Assembly: GCA_963752155.1 (NCBI GenBank)
Contig: CAVVXH010000015.1
Span: forward strand, 96,001-160,000
Length of the DNA: 64,000 bases
Origin: an uncultured Parachlamydiaceae bacterium
GTDB taxonomy: Bacteria; Chlamydiota; Chlamydiia; Chlamydiales; Parachlamydiaceae
Reading direction: 5' to 3'
Position numbers and translations under genes: made by a program. The notes below the pieces were generated by a model that was not told where the DNA came from, did not search any database, and saw only the letters and a list, made by a program, of their open reading frames with translations. Below, piece by piece: positions 1 through 10,861 of the stretch; the first letter of the stretch is position 1; each line of letters begins with the position of its first letter.

Positions 1-2
1 GG

Positions 3-1595
3 ACAATGACCCTTCTAGAAGGAAGCGGATCAGATCTCCTTTTTCTAAAAGAAAAGCCTTCTTTGTTAATTGAAAGCAAAGAGGCCCTCGAACCTGAATT
101 CTATACCTTTAATCGAGATTTTTCCCGTCACAGCGTATTAACACCGCTAAGATCATATACAGAACCCAATGAAGACACTTTAACAATTACTTTACTTGAT
201 TATGCCCCAAATAGCTATGAAACAGTTGAAACATTGATCAAAGGTGACTATACATCTATTTTTAACCTTCAACCTAGCCCTGTCCACGCGTCAACCTTTA
301 CCTATGAAGAACTTCCACTCCCTTCAATCGTAAATCTTCCTCAATCTAAAGAAAATCCCTGGAACTTACTTGCACTAGCGACCGACTCACCTGAAAGCAT
401 TGCCAAAAAAGTCTACGCCGATATCATTACGGTCACACTACGAGAAATTCATTCTAGGGAACTTCTTTATCAAGGTTCATTAAATCAGCTTCTAAAAAAT
501 TCGGAAAAATTCAAAGCACGCTTAAATTTCTCATGGACTCCATTAAAAGGATTTGACCACCCCACACTTTACGTCGAACTGAGAGAACAAGAGAAAGAGG
601 ACAAGGTTGCTATTTCATTAGATGGGCACGAAGCATTGCTAAATCGGAATGCTTTCCCTTTTCTTGGGAAAGGTTTGATGACTGTCGATTTAAATGCGAC
701 TCCCACATTATTGCTATTGAAAGACCTACAGAATGATGTTCATGTATTTGCAATTTCAAGATATGGACAAGTCGCCTTTAAGAAATGCTGTCAAGGTGTT
801 TTGGATAATATTTTAGCTTATGATCATGGCTATCTGGGCTATAGCCAAGAAATACGAATCCCTTACGTAGAAAATGTTTTCAATAGACAAATGCGCGAAC
901 TTCTATTTTTAGATACGATGCAATCTGACAGAAAAAGAGAATTTTCACCTGAGGTTCTCTTGTCAGGCTATTTAAGAGCTTATGGTATGGGCCTCGATCT
1001 CGAACACAACTTTTCTTTACCTTCCCTGCTTGATCTTGAGACTCAAGATTCTCCTTTAGTCCTCGAAAGCCCATTATCTATACGTCATAAAGCAACTTCC
1101 CCTTCGAAAAAATTGGAAAACAATATTCCCTGCGTTTTTCTTCATTTTAAAAAAGGGTCTCGTGAAGAAGTGATTTCTTTGAGATACGATCCGACGGGAA
1201 GTGGTTTTAAGTGGCCTGTACTCAATGGAGAATACATTGTACGTTTTCAGCCTCTATTACAGAAAATCCCCTATCGTTTAAGATTAAGACAAGCGAGACA
1301 AATCAACTACCCAACTTCCTCACAACCTTTTAGTTACGAAAGTGATCTTATCATTACTGATAAGTCAAATAACCTAGCCATTGAAAGTCAAATCAGCATG
1401 AATCAAGTGCATGAAACCTTGGATGGGTATCGTTTCTACCTTACTGAGATCTTTCCTGCTGACAAGGGTTCCTTAAAAAGGATACACATTGTCGTTAATC
1501 AAGACCCTGCCAAATACTTGTTGACTTATCCTGGAGCCTTTTTAATGGTTTTAGGAATATTTATGTTGTTTTTCCGGCGAAAAAGTTATGAGTGA
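3..1595 (+). CDS. ResB/Ccs1-like cytochrome c biogenesis membrane protein (probably 5'-truncated by the window)
   Basis: C-terminus YESDL...ISMNQ...GYRFY...VNQDP..LTYPG followed by a TM helix resembles ResB-family C-termini; frame is open to the window edge. Confidence 0.6.
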   Translation, partial: TMTLLEGSGSDLLFLKEKPSLLIESKEALEPEFYTFNRDFSRHSVLTPLRSYTEPNEDTLTITLLDYAPNSYETVETLIKGDYTSIFNLQPSPVHASTFTYEELPLPSIVNLPQSKENPWNLLALATDSPESIAKKVYADIITVTLREIHSRELLYQGSLNQLLKNSEKFKARLNFSWTPLKGFDHPTLYVELREQEKEDKVAISLDGHEALLNRNAFPFLGKGLMTVDLNATPTLLLLKDLQNDVHVFAISRYGQVAFKKCCQGVLDNILAYDHGYLGYSQEIRIPYVENVFNRQMRELLFLDTMQSDRKREFSPEVLLSGYLRAYGMGLDLEHNFSLPSLLDLETQDSPLVLESPLSIRHKATSPSKKLENNIPCVFLHFKKGSREEVISLRYDPTGSGFKWPVLNGEYIVRFQPLLQKIPYRLRLRQARQINYPTSSQPFSYESDLIITDKSNNLAIESQISMNQVHETLDGYRFYLTEIFPADKGSLKRIHIVVNQDPAKYLLTYPGAFLMVLGIFMLFFRRKSYE

Positions 1596-1604
1596 ATGGG
1601 TGAA

Positions 1605-3085
1605 TTACACTTCAATTTTAAGAGATGGTTTTTGCTTGTTTAGCTCTTCGATGGCTCCTGCAGAGATATTTGTATGTGTTAAAATCACTTCCTGAAGTGA
1701 AGAAATTTTAAGCGCATTAACGATCCCTTGATCAGATAAATTTTGGCATCGGGTTAAATTCAAATGACTTAAAGAAGTTATTCGTTTGACTATTTCCAAC
1801 AATTCTTGATCTTCAATGGACGTACGACCAAGATCTAAGCTCACAAACTGCTGCTGACAAGTGGCCAATGCATGAAAGGCCGTATTATTTAGGCTGCGGC
1901 ATTCACTAATCGTTAATTCACGGAGTTGACGGGCCGAAAGTAATATCAATGAAAACTCTTCTTGACTTAGAAATTCACAACGGGAAAGATTTAATGTAAT
2001 TAAGCGTGTGAGCTTCGTCAATTCTCCCCAACTCACCAAAGTGATCCGAGAACAACTTGTTAGATTTAGCTTTTGAAGCGATGGAAAATTTATACAAATT
2101 TTTTTAAAATAAACATCATCAAGCACAAAAGATCCAGCAAAAATGAGCTCTGTGAGATGTTGAAGAAGATAAATATTTTCCGAGAAGACTCTCATTCTAC
2201 CCAGATCCATCGAGATCAATCTAGGACAATGTTGCAAAAGGGTTATCACCGCAGAATCTTCCATCACCCTTTCACCTGCAATGAAATGAGTCACATAAGG
2301 AGTCCATTTAGAAAATTGTTCTAATGAAAATTCAGATGAAACTTCAAGTTCAAGAGCTAATTGTTCAATATTTAAGGGGAAAAGGACAACGCCTCCTTGA
2401 AATGAGTTAAATAGCTCACAACATCTTTTTTTGACTCGTATTAAAGAGTTATTTTCAGAGATTTCGATATATTCAAAAAGGTTCTCTGGAGTTATATACC
2501 TTAGCATGAGCTCTTCACTCTCATCCTCAAGCTCTTTAAACTCACAACCTCGAGCCAAATGCAATATCCTAAGAATATCTTTTTCATCAAGTAAATGCAG
2601 CTCTTTAACTTTTCCCTTATAAGCATATTCTCTGAGAATCGAAAAATCTGCATAAGGAGCATTCGTAAAAGAAAAGCTTTTCTTGCCTTTTTCAAGACAA
2701 TTTGTTCGAATATAATTAGACCAATATGGAGAAGCTGTTTGAAAAAGTAGGCTGTTAATGCTAATTGTGCGATCTGAAAGTTCAACGATGAGGTTTAAAG
2801 GCAACCATTTATTGAAATTTTGAAAATGTTCACGGATAGCAGCCGCAACGCTGCGCACCGATTCGATACGCAAAATATCGTGGAAGGATTGTTGATTTAT
2901 CCATTCGAGAGCATTCTTTGAAAAATGGGGATGTCTATTGCACCAGGTCTCATCTTCACAGCTTGCAGCAAAGAAACTTAATAAATCTTGGGGATTTTTA
3001 TCAACATCTCAAGTAGCTGATCTTCAGTTTCAGCGACTTGATATCTTGTAAAAAGTTCATCTGGAAGGGTGTAGGGCATTAACAT
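1605..3085 (-). CDS. BTB/POZ + leucine-rich-repeat protein (effector candidate), split by one frameshift near 3001
   Basis: BTB-like segment (INSLLFQTASPYWSNYI...FSILREYAYKG) then LRRs (LQKLNLTSCSRIT, LITLNLSRCEFLS). Adding one base at ttg|ata joins MPYTLPDELF...EML to DKNPQDLLSFFAASCEDETW...LRIESV. Confidence 0.7.
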
Positions 3086-3131
3086 AGATCTATCCATTAT
3101 AATCCTGTATATACTATGAACGAGAAATAAA

Positions 3132-3488
3132 ATGAAAAATAAAATTATCCTTCCTGATAATGACGATGACCTATTAAACGAATGCACTGTCACAGCTTAT
3201 CGTGCAAGCGGATCTGGAGGTCAACATGTCAATGTAACAGATAGTGCTGTCCGCCTAAAACATATCCCCTCTGGGATAGTCGTCACTTGTCAAAAAGAAA
3301 GAAGTCAATATCTCAATAAAAGAGAATGTATCAAAAAATTGCGCCATCTCGTTGAAAAACTCAACTATGTAAAACCCAGAAGAATCCCTACAGCCATTTC
3401 AAAAACAACCAAAGCCAAAAATTTAGATAAGAAAAGTAAACATTCACTTAAAAAATTTTTAAGGAGGAATGTAAATGAGCCTAACTGA
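3132..3488 (+). CDS. ArfB/YaeJ-like peptidyl-tRNA hydrolase (RF-1 domain)
   Basis: SGSGGQHVN (GGQ) motif, ERSQYLN, basic C-terminal tail. Confidence 0.85.
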   Translation: MKNKIILPDNDDDLLNECTVTAYRASGSGGQHVNVTDSAVRLKHIPSGIVVTCQKERSQYLNKRECIKKLRHLVEKLNYVKPRRIPTAISKTTKAKNLDKKSKHSLKKFLRRNVNEPN

Positions 3489-3585
3489 TAAGATAAACAC
3501 AACAGTAAATCAACAATATAAAACATTGAACTTATATCACAATTTTCTTATTATTGAAAGGAGAAAAAACTATATTTAAAGATAT

Positions 3586-3894
3586 ATGCCTTATCAAACG
3601 AACTTTGATCCAAGACTACCAATCAATACAAACTTTATTCCGCCTAAACAAAACCAAGAGGTTTCTCCTACAATTATATACGTTAATCCAACACTAAAAC
3701 AACCTAAGCCACTTTCACCTTATAAAAAAAATACATGGGGAAATAAATATTCGATAAGTAATCTTAGAAACTATTTGAGCAATGTCAAATCAGTAAAATT
3801 AAAAATCCTATTAGCTTTAAAAGAACAACCTCTTACCCTGAAAGACATTACATTAATTTTAAGTGAAGAAACATTGTACATGCTTGCAGACTAA
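3586..3894 (+). CDS. hypothetical protein
   Basis: 102-aa ORF with ATG start; no recognisable motif. Confidence 0.4.
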   Translation: MPYQTNFDPRLPINTNFIPPKQNQEVSPTIIYVNPTLKQPKPLSPYKKNTWGNKYSISNLRNYLSNVKSVKLKILLALKEQPLTLKDITLILSEETLYMLAD

Positions 3895-3918
3895 TCAGGG
3901 AAAAAAGTGTGCGGAGTA

Positions 3919-4154
3919 CAGCAATTCCCGCTAAACTTTGGTGCTCGGGTGCGCACGTGCGTGCCGTGCCCCTTACTTTCCGCAGGTAAAAGTGATGCAA
4001 GATTTTATCCGAAAAACATTTTATACTATTGTGTCGGGTTAGGTCTACACTTTTTTTTATTCATTTTTCGGAACATTTTTCAATTTGACCCCGAAATCAC
4101 CTCTCCTTCAATCAATCAATAAATAAATAAATAAATACGACCTTCCTTTTGAGC
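3919..4154 (+). repeat. family A left-end module (CAGCAATTCCCGCTAA...GACCTTCCTTTTGAGC)
   Basis: Colinear and highly similar to 22586..22825. Confidence 0.9.
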
Positions 4155-4390
4155 GATAAAACGATTAAGAACGATAAAAACGATAAAAACGATAAAAACG
4201 ATAAAAACGATAAGAACGATGGAAAAAGACTAGAAATTACCTCATCAAAATCTTTAGGAAAAGGCTGCAAAACAATGAGGACTTTTCGATTAGTCTAGAA
4301 GAAATCTTTAAGAAAAAGTATGCGCAAAATCGTTCTTATCGTTCCTATCGTTCTTATCGTTCCTATCGTTTTATCGTTCTTATCGTTTTT
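4154..4390. repeat. family B fold-back: (CGATAARAA)n - spacer - (TTYTTATCG)n
   Basis: 9-mer tandem arms in inverted orientation; spacer motif CAATGAGGACT shared with the copy near 36770. Confidence 0.9.
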
Positions 4391-5032
4391 TTAGATGATT
4401 TCCCATTGCTGTTGCAAACCAATACTATGTAATTTTCTCGTAGGATTTACGATCACTTTATTTCCACAACTGAGCAAAAAAGAAAGATCGAGAGAACTAT
4501 CGCTATAAGCAGTACTATTTTGATAGGCTATACCATTCTCTTGAAAGGCTTTAGATGCCCAAGCTGCCTTGACGTCCCCCTCAACTAAATGCTCAATATG
4601 TGAGAATAAACCTGCAGAGCTTACAGCATAGATGGAAGACTCAACGTGCAAAACACCGAGTTTCTGAGCAATCGTGCTAACAATAAATTTTGGAGAACTC
4701 GATAAAATAGCCACAAAATGACCTGCATTTTGAGCCCTTTTAAGCCGTTCAATGGCTGGGCTATAAAGAATAGTATTCAAATGACCCTCAACAAATTGAT
4801 TGGCATACATCTCAATCTGCTTCGCTGACCGCCCCTGAAAAAGCCTCTTAAAAATCGCATGATGAACGGATACAATCGAAATCAAACCCAGTTTATGCAA
4901 AAGATAAATGCTTAAAAGCTGCAAAAGACGAAAAAAAGAGAAAAAACCCTGTTGGTACAAGAACTTGCCAAAGTAAAAACTGCTATTTACCTTCAGCAAA
5001 GTTCCGTCTAGATCAAATAGGCTTGCATGCAT
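4391..5032 (-). CDS. HAD-IB family hydrolase (SerB-like)
   Basis: FDLDGTL, LSSS, conserved K and AYSDSSLDL motifs. Confidence 0.85.
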   Translation of the reverse strand: MHASLFDLDGTLLKVNSSFYFGKFLYQQGFFSFFRLLQLLSIYLLHKLGLISIVSVHHAIFKRLFQGRSAKQIEMYANQFVEGHLNTILYSPAIERLKRAQNAGHFVAILSSSPKFIVSTIAQKLGVLHVESSIYAVSSAGLFSHIEHLVEGDVKAAWASKAFQENGIAYQNSTAYSDSSLDLSFLLSCGNKVIVNPTRKLHSIGLQQQWEII

Positions 5033-5046
5033 AAACTCACAAGGGT

Positions 5047-6927
5047 TTATTGGCCATTATCCTTCATTTTTAATCGAATGGCAATCGTCTCTTCAATTTC
5101 CCTGATACCTTCTGAAATCTTATCCAGACGTTCTTTTTCAGCAGTGATTTGAATATTAAAGTTCATCGCTTTTTCGAAATCTAAGCCCGAATTACCACTT
5201 TCTTTTCGGAGATGCTCTAGTTGTTTTTTGATTTCTTGACGACGCTCTTTCCGCTGTTGTAAGACTTTTTTAAGTTGTTCAATAGCTTGACGGTCATCAT
5301 CTGAAAGGGACAATACATCCATCTCTTTCTTTTCGATGAGTGCATCTTTCACGGGTTTAAGCAAACGTTCTAGCTCTTGCTTTTCCAATTTTGTGGCTTG
5401 AAGTTCTGAAATTCTCTGAACGAATTCATCTCTCTTGGCTGTTAAGGAAGCAGCATTGTAGGCTTCCAGATCCAACAACAAAGCACTAATTTCATTTTTT
5501 ATTTCTTGAACTCGGAATTTTTTAAGCTTCTCTCGTTCTAAGACTTGATTGGCACGTTCTTGCTCTTCCAATTTAGCTTTATCAATCATTGGTTGGCGTA
5601 TTGAATTCACTTGATCACGCAAAGCCTTAATCTCATCGCGGCCAAGTTCCACATGACGCAATTCAGCAAGAACAGCATCCAAAGCAGTGTGCACCCCTTC
5701 ACAATCGAGAGTTCCTTCTTGCATTTGTTGTTCAATTTGAATGAGTTTGTCATGAAGAACCTGCGCATTCTCTTTATGAAGTGCTTTGTGCTGAGCTCGC
5801 TGCCTTTTGCGCTCTTTATCACCACTTTTCAATTTATCCCAACACTCGCTTAAACGCATGCGTGTATAAGTAAACGATTGAGTGTTAAGAGTGAGAAGCT
5901 TAGCAATAGCTTGCAATGTTTTGATCTCTTCCCGCAAATAGAAAAATGACTCATGAAAGGATTCGTTAGCAAAATATTGCTCCACAAAATGATCCACATC
6001 GGTACTAAAATTTTGGCTCAATTCTTTAATGAGTTCTTTGCGTCGAGGAAACGTTTTATCGCCTGCATTAGAGAGGCGCTGGAAAAATTTATTTTTCTGG
6101 CGAACGCGCATTTCGATGCGAATGAGCTCTTTACGCAAAGCTGTGATGCGGCTTGCATGGGCATTGAGAAGGTTTAATTCCCTCTGAGTGTTTACATAAT
6201 ATTCAGAATTTGACTTCAGAGATTGGCTACTTTTCAAAAGATCATGCCCAGATATATTTCCTAATGCTTGCTCGGTGTTTTCCTGCTCATTTTCGATGGC
6301 TTTAATGGCAATTTCAATTTGTTCAGAGGCAAAGGCACTTTGTTCATCTAGAGTTTCTTTCAGGCGTCGGGCTTCTTTAGAAAGTTCAGCATATGTATTC
6401 CAAAGCTCTGTACGTGAAACAGGATTGATATTTTCTTTAAAGAGTTGCAAAGCAATCGTACGAGCATCCCAGAAGCCTTTAAAGTAAGGAGTTCCTTGTT
6501 TTGTTGCTAAAGCGGTCGACATAAAAGAAATCACGTGCCGAAGCTTTCCTTCAGCATCGTTAATAGCTTCAAGTTTTGCTACAAAAGATTCATAGAGCTG
6601 CTTTCGATTCAATTCTTTGTTATCCACAGCTTTGCGATGAATCTCCTCATCACTGCCTATTACAGGATTAGCCGAATTTGAAGGCTCGCTTTCCACTCCG
6701 GAATCTTCTTCAGTTTGTAGATTTTCCGCATTTAAATGTTCTTCTTCAATGCGAATTTCCTCAGCGAGGCGCTCTTCTGAAAGGTGACTTTCCGTGGCAG
6801 GAGCTTCAAAAGACTCATGAGAGGCAGGTGAGGAGGTTTCGTCCAGGTTCTCTATGATATCATTAGCTGCAAAAATATTCTCGTGTAGCATTTCTTGATC
6901 ACCAAAATTTTGTTTATCATCATTCAT
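5047..6927 (-). CDS. long coiled-coil hypothetical protein
   Basis: 626-aa ORF, acidic N-terminus, E/K/L/Q-rich helical body. Confidence 0.75.
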   Translation of the reverse strand: MNDDKQNFGDQEMLHENIFAANDIIENLDETSSPASHESFEAPATESHLSEERLAEEIRIEEEHLNAENLQTEEDSGVESEPSNSANPVIGSDEEIHRKAVDNKELNRKQLYESFVAKLEAINDAEGKLRHVISFMSTALATKQGTPYFKGFWDARTIALQLFKENINPVSRTELWNTYAELSKEARRLKETLDEQSAFASEQIEIAIKAIENEQENTEQALGNISGHDLLKSSQSLKSNSEYYVNTQRELNLLNAHASRITALRKELIRIEMRVRQKNKFFQRLSNAGDKTFPRRKELIKELSQNFSTDVDHFVEQYFANESFHESFFYLREEIKTLQAIAKLLTLNTQSFTYTRMRLSECWDKLKSGDKERKRQRAQHKALHKENAQVLHDKLIQIEQQMQEGTLDCEGVHTALDAVLAELRHVELGRDEIKALRDQVNSIRQPMIDKAKLEEQERANQVLEREKLKKFRVQEIKNEISALLLDLEAYNAASLTAKRDEFVQRISELQATKLEKQELERLLKPVKDALIEKKEMDVLSLSDDDRQAIEQLKKVLQQRKERRQEIKKQLEHLRKESGNSGLDFEKAMNFNIQITAEKERLDKISEGIREIEETIAIRLKMKDNGQ

Positions 6928-7161
6928 GTTTCTCTAACTCTTTTTTAACTTTAAGGATGTCCCTTCGGGAACTTCATTTCAGAAGCCGTCTGTTGAATTT
7001 TTAATGCGATATACTTCAAACCCAAGGACAATAAATTTAAAGATGTTTTACAAGATGATTGTAGTAGATTTCTCATTTCTCGTAAAGTGTTAGATGCTCT
7101 CTTTCAGCAATTTCCGCTAAAAATAAAGAATATCTGAACGAGGTTCGTAGCCAACTAGTCT

Positions 7162-7920
7162 TTAATTTTTAGCAGGAATTACTGCACTTCCTGCATCCTT
7201 ATCAACAATCCAAAAGGCACGGTGTTGAGGAGTTCCTATTTTTTGTATCGGTAAATCATTAGGTCGATAAGGGCCTGTAAGAACTTCATTGAGCCTACTG
7301 CTTTTGCTCTTACCTAAAACATAAATGACTATTTCTTTGGCGTTATTGATGCACTCATATGTTAATGTGAGTCGCCAGGTTTCTAATGAAGGAATAAAAT
7401 TAGCGACAACTAGTCTTTCAGTAGGCTGAAGTCCATGGGTACGAGGAAAAAGAGAAGCTGTGTGTCCATCATCTCCCATGCCTAACATGATCAGATCAAA
7501 ACTCCCTTCAGGAACTTTTTCAAGAATAATTTTCTCATAGATTTGAGCATTTTGTTCTATCCTCGATTCCCCTACCATGCGGAAAATATTTTCACTGGGA
7601 ACGCCAATATGACTAAATGCTGCATCCATTGCCATTTTATAATTGCTGTCAGGGTGATCAGGCCCTACAGAGCGCTCATCGCTCCAAAAGAGCATCACTT
7701 TGCTCCAATCTACTCGAGAACGATTTTGTGGAGCAGCAAGCAAGGTATAAATGCCTTTTGGAGTGCTTCCTCCTGATAGAGCCACAGTAAAAAGACCTCG
7801 CTCTTTAATGGCATTAGTCGCAGTTCTGATGAAATGCTCTGCAGAATATTTCAATGTTTCATCGCGATCGCCTACAACAACAATATCGCGAGTTTCACCC
7901 AATGTTTGGATTTCCGGCAT
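7162..7920 (-). CDS. pgl: 6-phosphogluconolactonase
   Basis: VALSGGSTP, WSDER, LGMGDDGHTASLFP; directly downstream of zwf. Confidence 0.95.
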   Translation of the reverse strand: MPEIQTLGETRDIVVVGDRDETLKYSAEHFIRTATNAIKERGLFTVALSGGSTPKGIYTLLAAPQNRSRVDWSKVMLFWSDERSVGPDHPDSNYKMAMDAAFSHIGVPSENIFRMVGESRIEQNAQIYEKIILEKVPEGSFDLIMLGMGDDGHTASLFPRTHGLQPTERLVVANFIPSLETWRLTLTYECINNAKEIVIYVLGKSKSSRLNEVLTGPYRPNDLPIQKIGTPQHRAFWIVDKDAGSAVIPAKN

Positions 7921-7928
7921 GTTATCCC

Positions 7929-9467
7929 CTAAAGCCACTGTCGACCATTACGTTCAAGAAGCTGATCAGCTTCTTTGGGACCCCAAGTTCCCGCAGAATA
8001 ATTGGGAAAATTCGAATTAGAGCCTTGGCTCCATTTTTCTAATACAGGTGTTAACAGTCGCCAAGAGGCCATCACTTCATCAGCACGTGCAAACAGAGTA
8101 TTGTCGCCGATCATGCAATCATAGAGAAGTCTTTCATAGGCCTCTGGAGGAGTAGCTTTGAAATACGAATGATACTGGAAATCCATTTTGACGGGCTGCA
8201 AGCAAGTATACCCTGGTATTTTGCAGTTCATATTGAGAGAAATCCCCTCATCAGGTTGAATACGGATCACTAACACATTCTGCTCAACTTTCCCTCCATG
8301 GGTTTCAAATAGAAAACCAGGAACCTCTTTAAAAACGACAGCAATTTCAGTTGCTCTACGAGGCAAACGCTTACCTGCACGCAAATAAAAGGGCACGCCC
8401 GACCAACGCCAATTGTCAATGAAAAGCTCTAGGGCAACAAATGTTTCCACATTCGATGCAGGATTGACATTATCCTCTTGACGATACCCTTTAACATTTT
8501 CTTTATTAACCACCCCTTCCCCATATTGCCCTCGTACAGCATAGGTATCGATATTGTTTATATCAAAAGGGCGAATAGACTCTACAACTTTAACTTTTTC
8601 ATTGCGGATAGCATTCGCATTTAAGCTCGTAGGAGGTTCCATGGCAACTAATGAAAGGAGTTGCATCATGTGATTTTGTACAATATCCCGCAACATTCCA
8701 GCTTCTTCCCAAAACTTTCCTCGAGTCCCAACTCCCATATCCTCGCTGACGGTAATTTGAATGTTGTCGACATAACGATTATTCCAATTTGCTTCAAAAA
8801 AAGGATTGCTAAAGCGGAAAAGGAGAATATTTTGAACAGTCTCTTTACCTAAATAGTGGTCGATGCGGTAAATTTGATTTTCGTTAAGTCTAGAGGTCAT
8901 TTCTTCCTGAAGCTGCTCAGCTGATTGCAAATCATGACCAAAGGGCTTTTCAACGATAACACGCGACCACTTCTCTTCGACTGGATATTTGTATTGATAG
9001 AGTAAATTGTGCTCTTTTAACTTCTTCGTAACCAACGAAAAAAAGCTTGGCTGAGTCGAAAGATAATAAAGTCGATTTCCTTTTGTTCCAAACTTTTCAT
9101 CAAATTCCTTCATCCGAAGACCTAATTTTTCATATCCTTCATCTTCATGGAAATCTGACTGATGGTAAAAAAGTTTAGAGCTAAATGAATCCCACAACTG
9201 CATATCTACAGGCTTGGTGCGAGAAAAATTATTAACTGCATTGAACATCTCCTCTCGAAATTCCTGATCTGATTTATTCCTTCGAGCAAAAGCCACGAAA
9301 ACAAAATTCTCCGGCAGTTGCCCTTCAAGGTCCAAATTATACAAAGCCGGAAGTAATTTTCGACTTGTCAGATCACCTGTAGCACCAAAAATCACCAAAA
9401 CGCAAGGTTGAGGAGACTTACATTGACGATTCATATAAGCAACTGAGGCGGCATGAAGTACTGACAT
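7929..9467 (-). CDS. zwf: glucose-6-phosphate 1-dehydrogenase
   Basis: GATGDL, EKPFG, RIDHYLGKE. Confidence 0.98.
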   Translation of the reverse strand: MSVLHAASVAYMNRQCKSPQPCVLVIFGATGDLTSRKLLPALYNLDLEGQLPENFVFVAFARRNKSDQEFREEMFNAVNNFSRTKPVDMQLWDSFSSKLFYHQSDFHEDEGYEKLGLRMKEFDEKFGTKGNRLYYLSTQPSFFSLVTKKLKEHNLLYQYKYPVEEKWSRVIVEKPFGHDLQSAEQLQEEMTSRLNENQIYRIDHYLGKETVQNILLFRFSNPFFEANWNNRYVDNIQITVSEDMGVGTRGKFWEEAGMLRDIVQNHMMQLLSLVAMEPPTSLNANAIRNEKVKVVESIRPFDINNIDTYAVRGQYGEGVVNKENVKGYRQEDNVNPASNVETFVALELFIDNWRWSGVPFYLRAGKRLPRRATEIAVVFKEVPGFLFETHGGKVEQNVLVIRIQPDEGISLNMNCKIPGYTCLQPVKMDFQYHSYFKATPPEAYERLLYDCMIGDNTLFARADEVMASWRLLTPVLEKWSQGSNSNFPNYSAGTWGPKEADQLLERNGRQWL

Positions 9468-9669
9468 AATAATGCTCTTTTACAATCTTTAAAACTGAGA
9501 TGAGGGAGTCGAGAAAAAGAAACCGCTCACTTATTTGCCATGATATCTAAATCAAAAGAAAATTTCAATAGTCCAAATTTCATGTGCCCTGGAAAAAAGC
9601 AAGGTCGCTGGAATCTGGATTGAGATTGAATTTTTCGGAAAATTTTGTGCCATAGATACGACAATATTT

Positions 9670-10008
9670 CTATATGTTGGAGGCAAGAGAAGGTTTGGTT
9701 GCCTTTATTTTCTTATGCCTTGTTTGTGTGCGTCTCGGAGAGTGTTTTTTAGCTTGAACTACGGTTTCTTTTCCCATTTCATACAAAACGTCTGGGCATA
9801 TGTCTGCATCATTAGGCCACACAATACTTAATGGATGTTTTTCGTCATCTAAAGAAACCTGCTTGAAGAGTTCAATATCTTGCAATGGGGCAAAATAAAA
9901 TCCTCCTTTTTTAACCAAGCTAGAAAGATCGACAATTTTAGTTTTTTTATCGCTGAACAGAAGCTTTAGCTTGTATCCGTTTATGTACTCAACTTTCTTT
10001 ACTCTCAT
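9670..10008 (-). CDS. DUF2442-like protein (putative toxin-antitoxin partner)
   Basis: YKLKLLFSD...IVWPNDADICPDVLY pattern; adjacent to a DUF4160-like gene. Confidence 0.8.
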   Translation of the reverse strand: MRVKKVEYINGYKLKLLFSDKKTKIVDLSSLVKKGGFYFAPLQDIELFKQVSLDDEKHPLSIVWPNDADICPDVLYEMGKETVVQAKKHSPRRTQTRHKKIKATKPSLASNI

Positions 10009-10010
10009 GT

Positions 10011-10271
10011 CTAAACCAAAGGTTTAATTTTCTTTATTTGCTGATTATTTTGAAGGCTTTCCCAGTTACTCAAAAGTGACTTTTGATTGATAGAATCCCA
10101 TTCAATAACAATGCCATGTATCCTAGGAGGCAACTCTCCATTTATTATTTCTAAAGGATTTATCGAAATTTGTGCTTCATATTCATTATAAACAGCATGA
10201 AAATGCGGTGGATTGTGTTCTGCTGCAAACATCCGTATTACAATCCCTAAAAATCTGCTTATTTCTGGCAT
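10011..10271 (-). CDS. DUF4160-like protein (putative toxin-antitoxin partner)
   Basis: MPEISRFLGIVIRMF..EHNPPHFHA motif. Confidence 0.85.
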   Translation of the reverse strand: MPEISRFLGIVIRMFAAEHNPPHFHAVYNEYEAQISINPLEIINGELPPRIHGIVIEWDSINQKSLLSNWESLQNNQQIKKIKPLV

Positions 10272-10393
10272 TTTCCCTCTTTTCTCTAATTATAGTCCAT
10301 AAATCATTTTTGTGAAATCCTACAACTTCTTTTAACTTTGTGCGTAGAAGAGTCCTAAGCTCTTAAGGACATAATTTTCATGTGCCCTGTTCC

Positions 10394-10861
10394 TTAATTC
10401 AGCAAAATAAAGTCTAAATAATTTTGCAGAATAATGACAGCTGCCACGCTATCAACCTTTTGAGAACGTTTCTTACGGGATAATTGCCCTTCTCTCAAGA
10501 AACGATCTGCTTGAACTGAAGTGAGACGTTCATCCCAAATGATGATTGGAAACATTACTTTTTCTTTCATCAGTGAAACAAAATGAGTGACTTCATCAGC
10601 TAAAAGACCTTTTTTGCCACTCATCAGTAGTGGAAACCCAATGACAATTGATTCAATATTATAACCACGAGATTTCGCATGTTCCTCTAAGAGATCAATT
10701 AACTTAGTAACTGTCTTTTCCGATTGTTTTTCTGCCTTTAACGTTTCCAAAGGTGTAGCAATAATCTTACGTTCATCAGAGACAGCAAGGCCGATGCGTA
10801 CCATCCCATAGTCAATGGCGATAATACGAGTCGGTTGCTTCCAGTTTTCTTTTGTATTCAC
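10394..10861 (-). CDS. ruvX: Holliday junction resolvase-like / pre-16S rRNA nuclease YqgF
   Basis: IDYGMVRIGLAVSD, WDERLTS, VDSVAAVIILQ. Confidence 0.95.
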   Translation of the reverse strand: MNTKENWKQPTRIIAIDYGMVRIGLAVSDERKIIATPLETLKAEKQSEKTVTKLIDLLEEHAKSRGYNIESIVIGFPLLMSGKKGLLADEVTHFVSLMKEKVMFPIIIWDERLTSVQADRFLREGQLSRKKRSQKVDSVAAVIILQNYLDFILLN

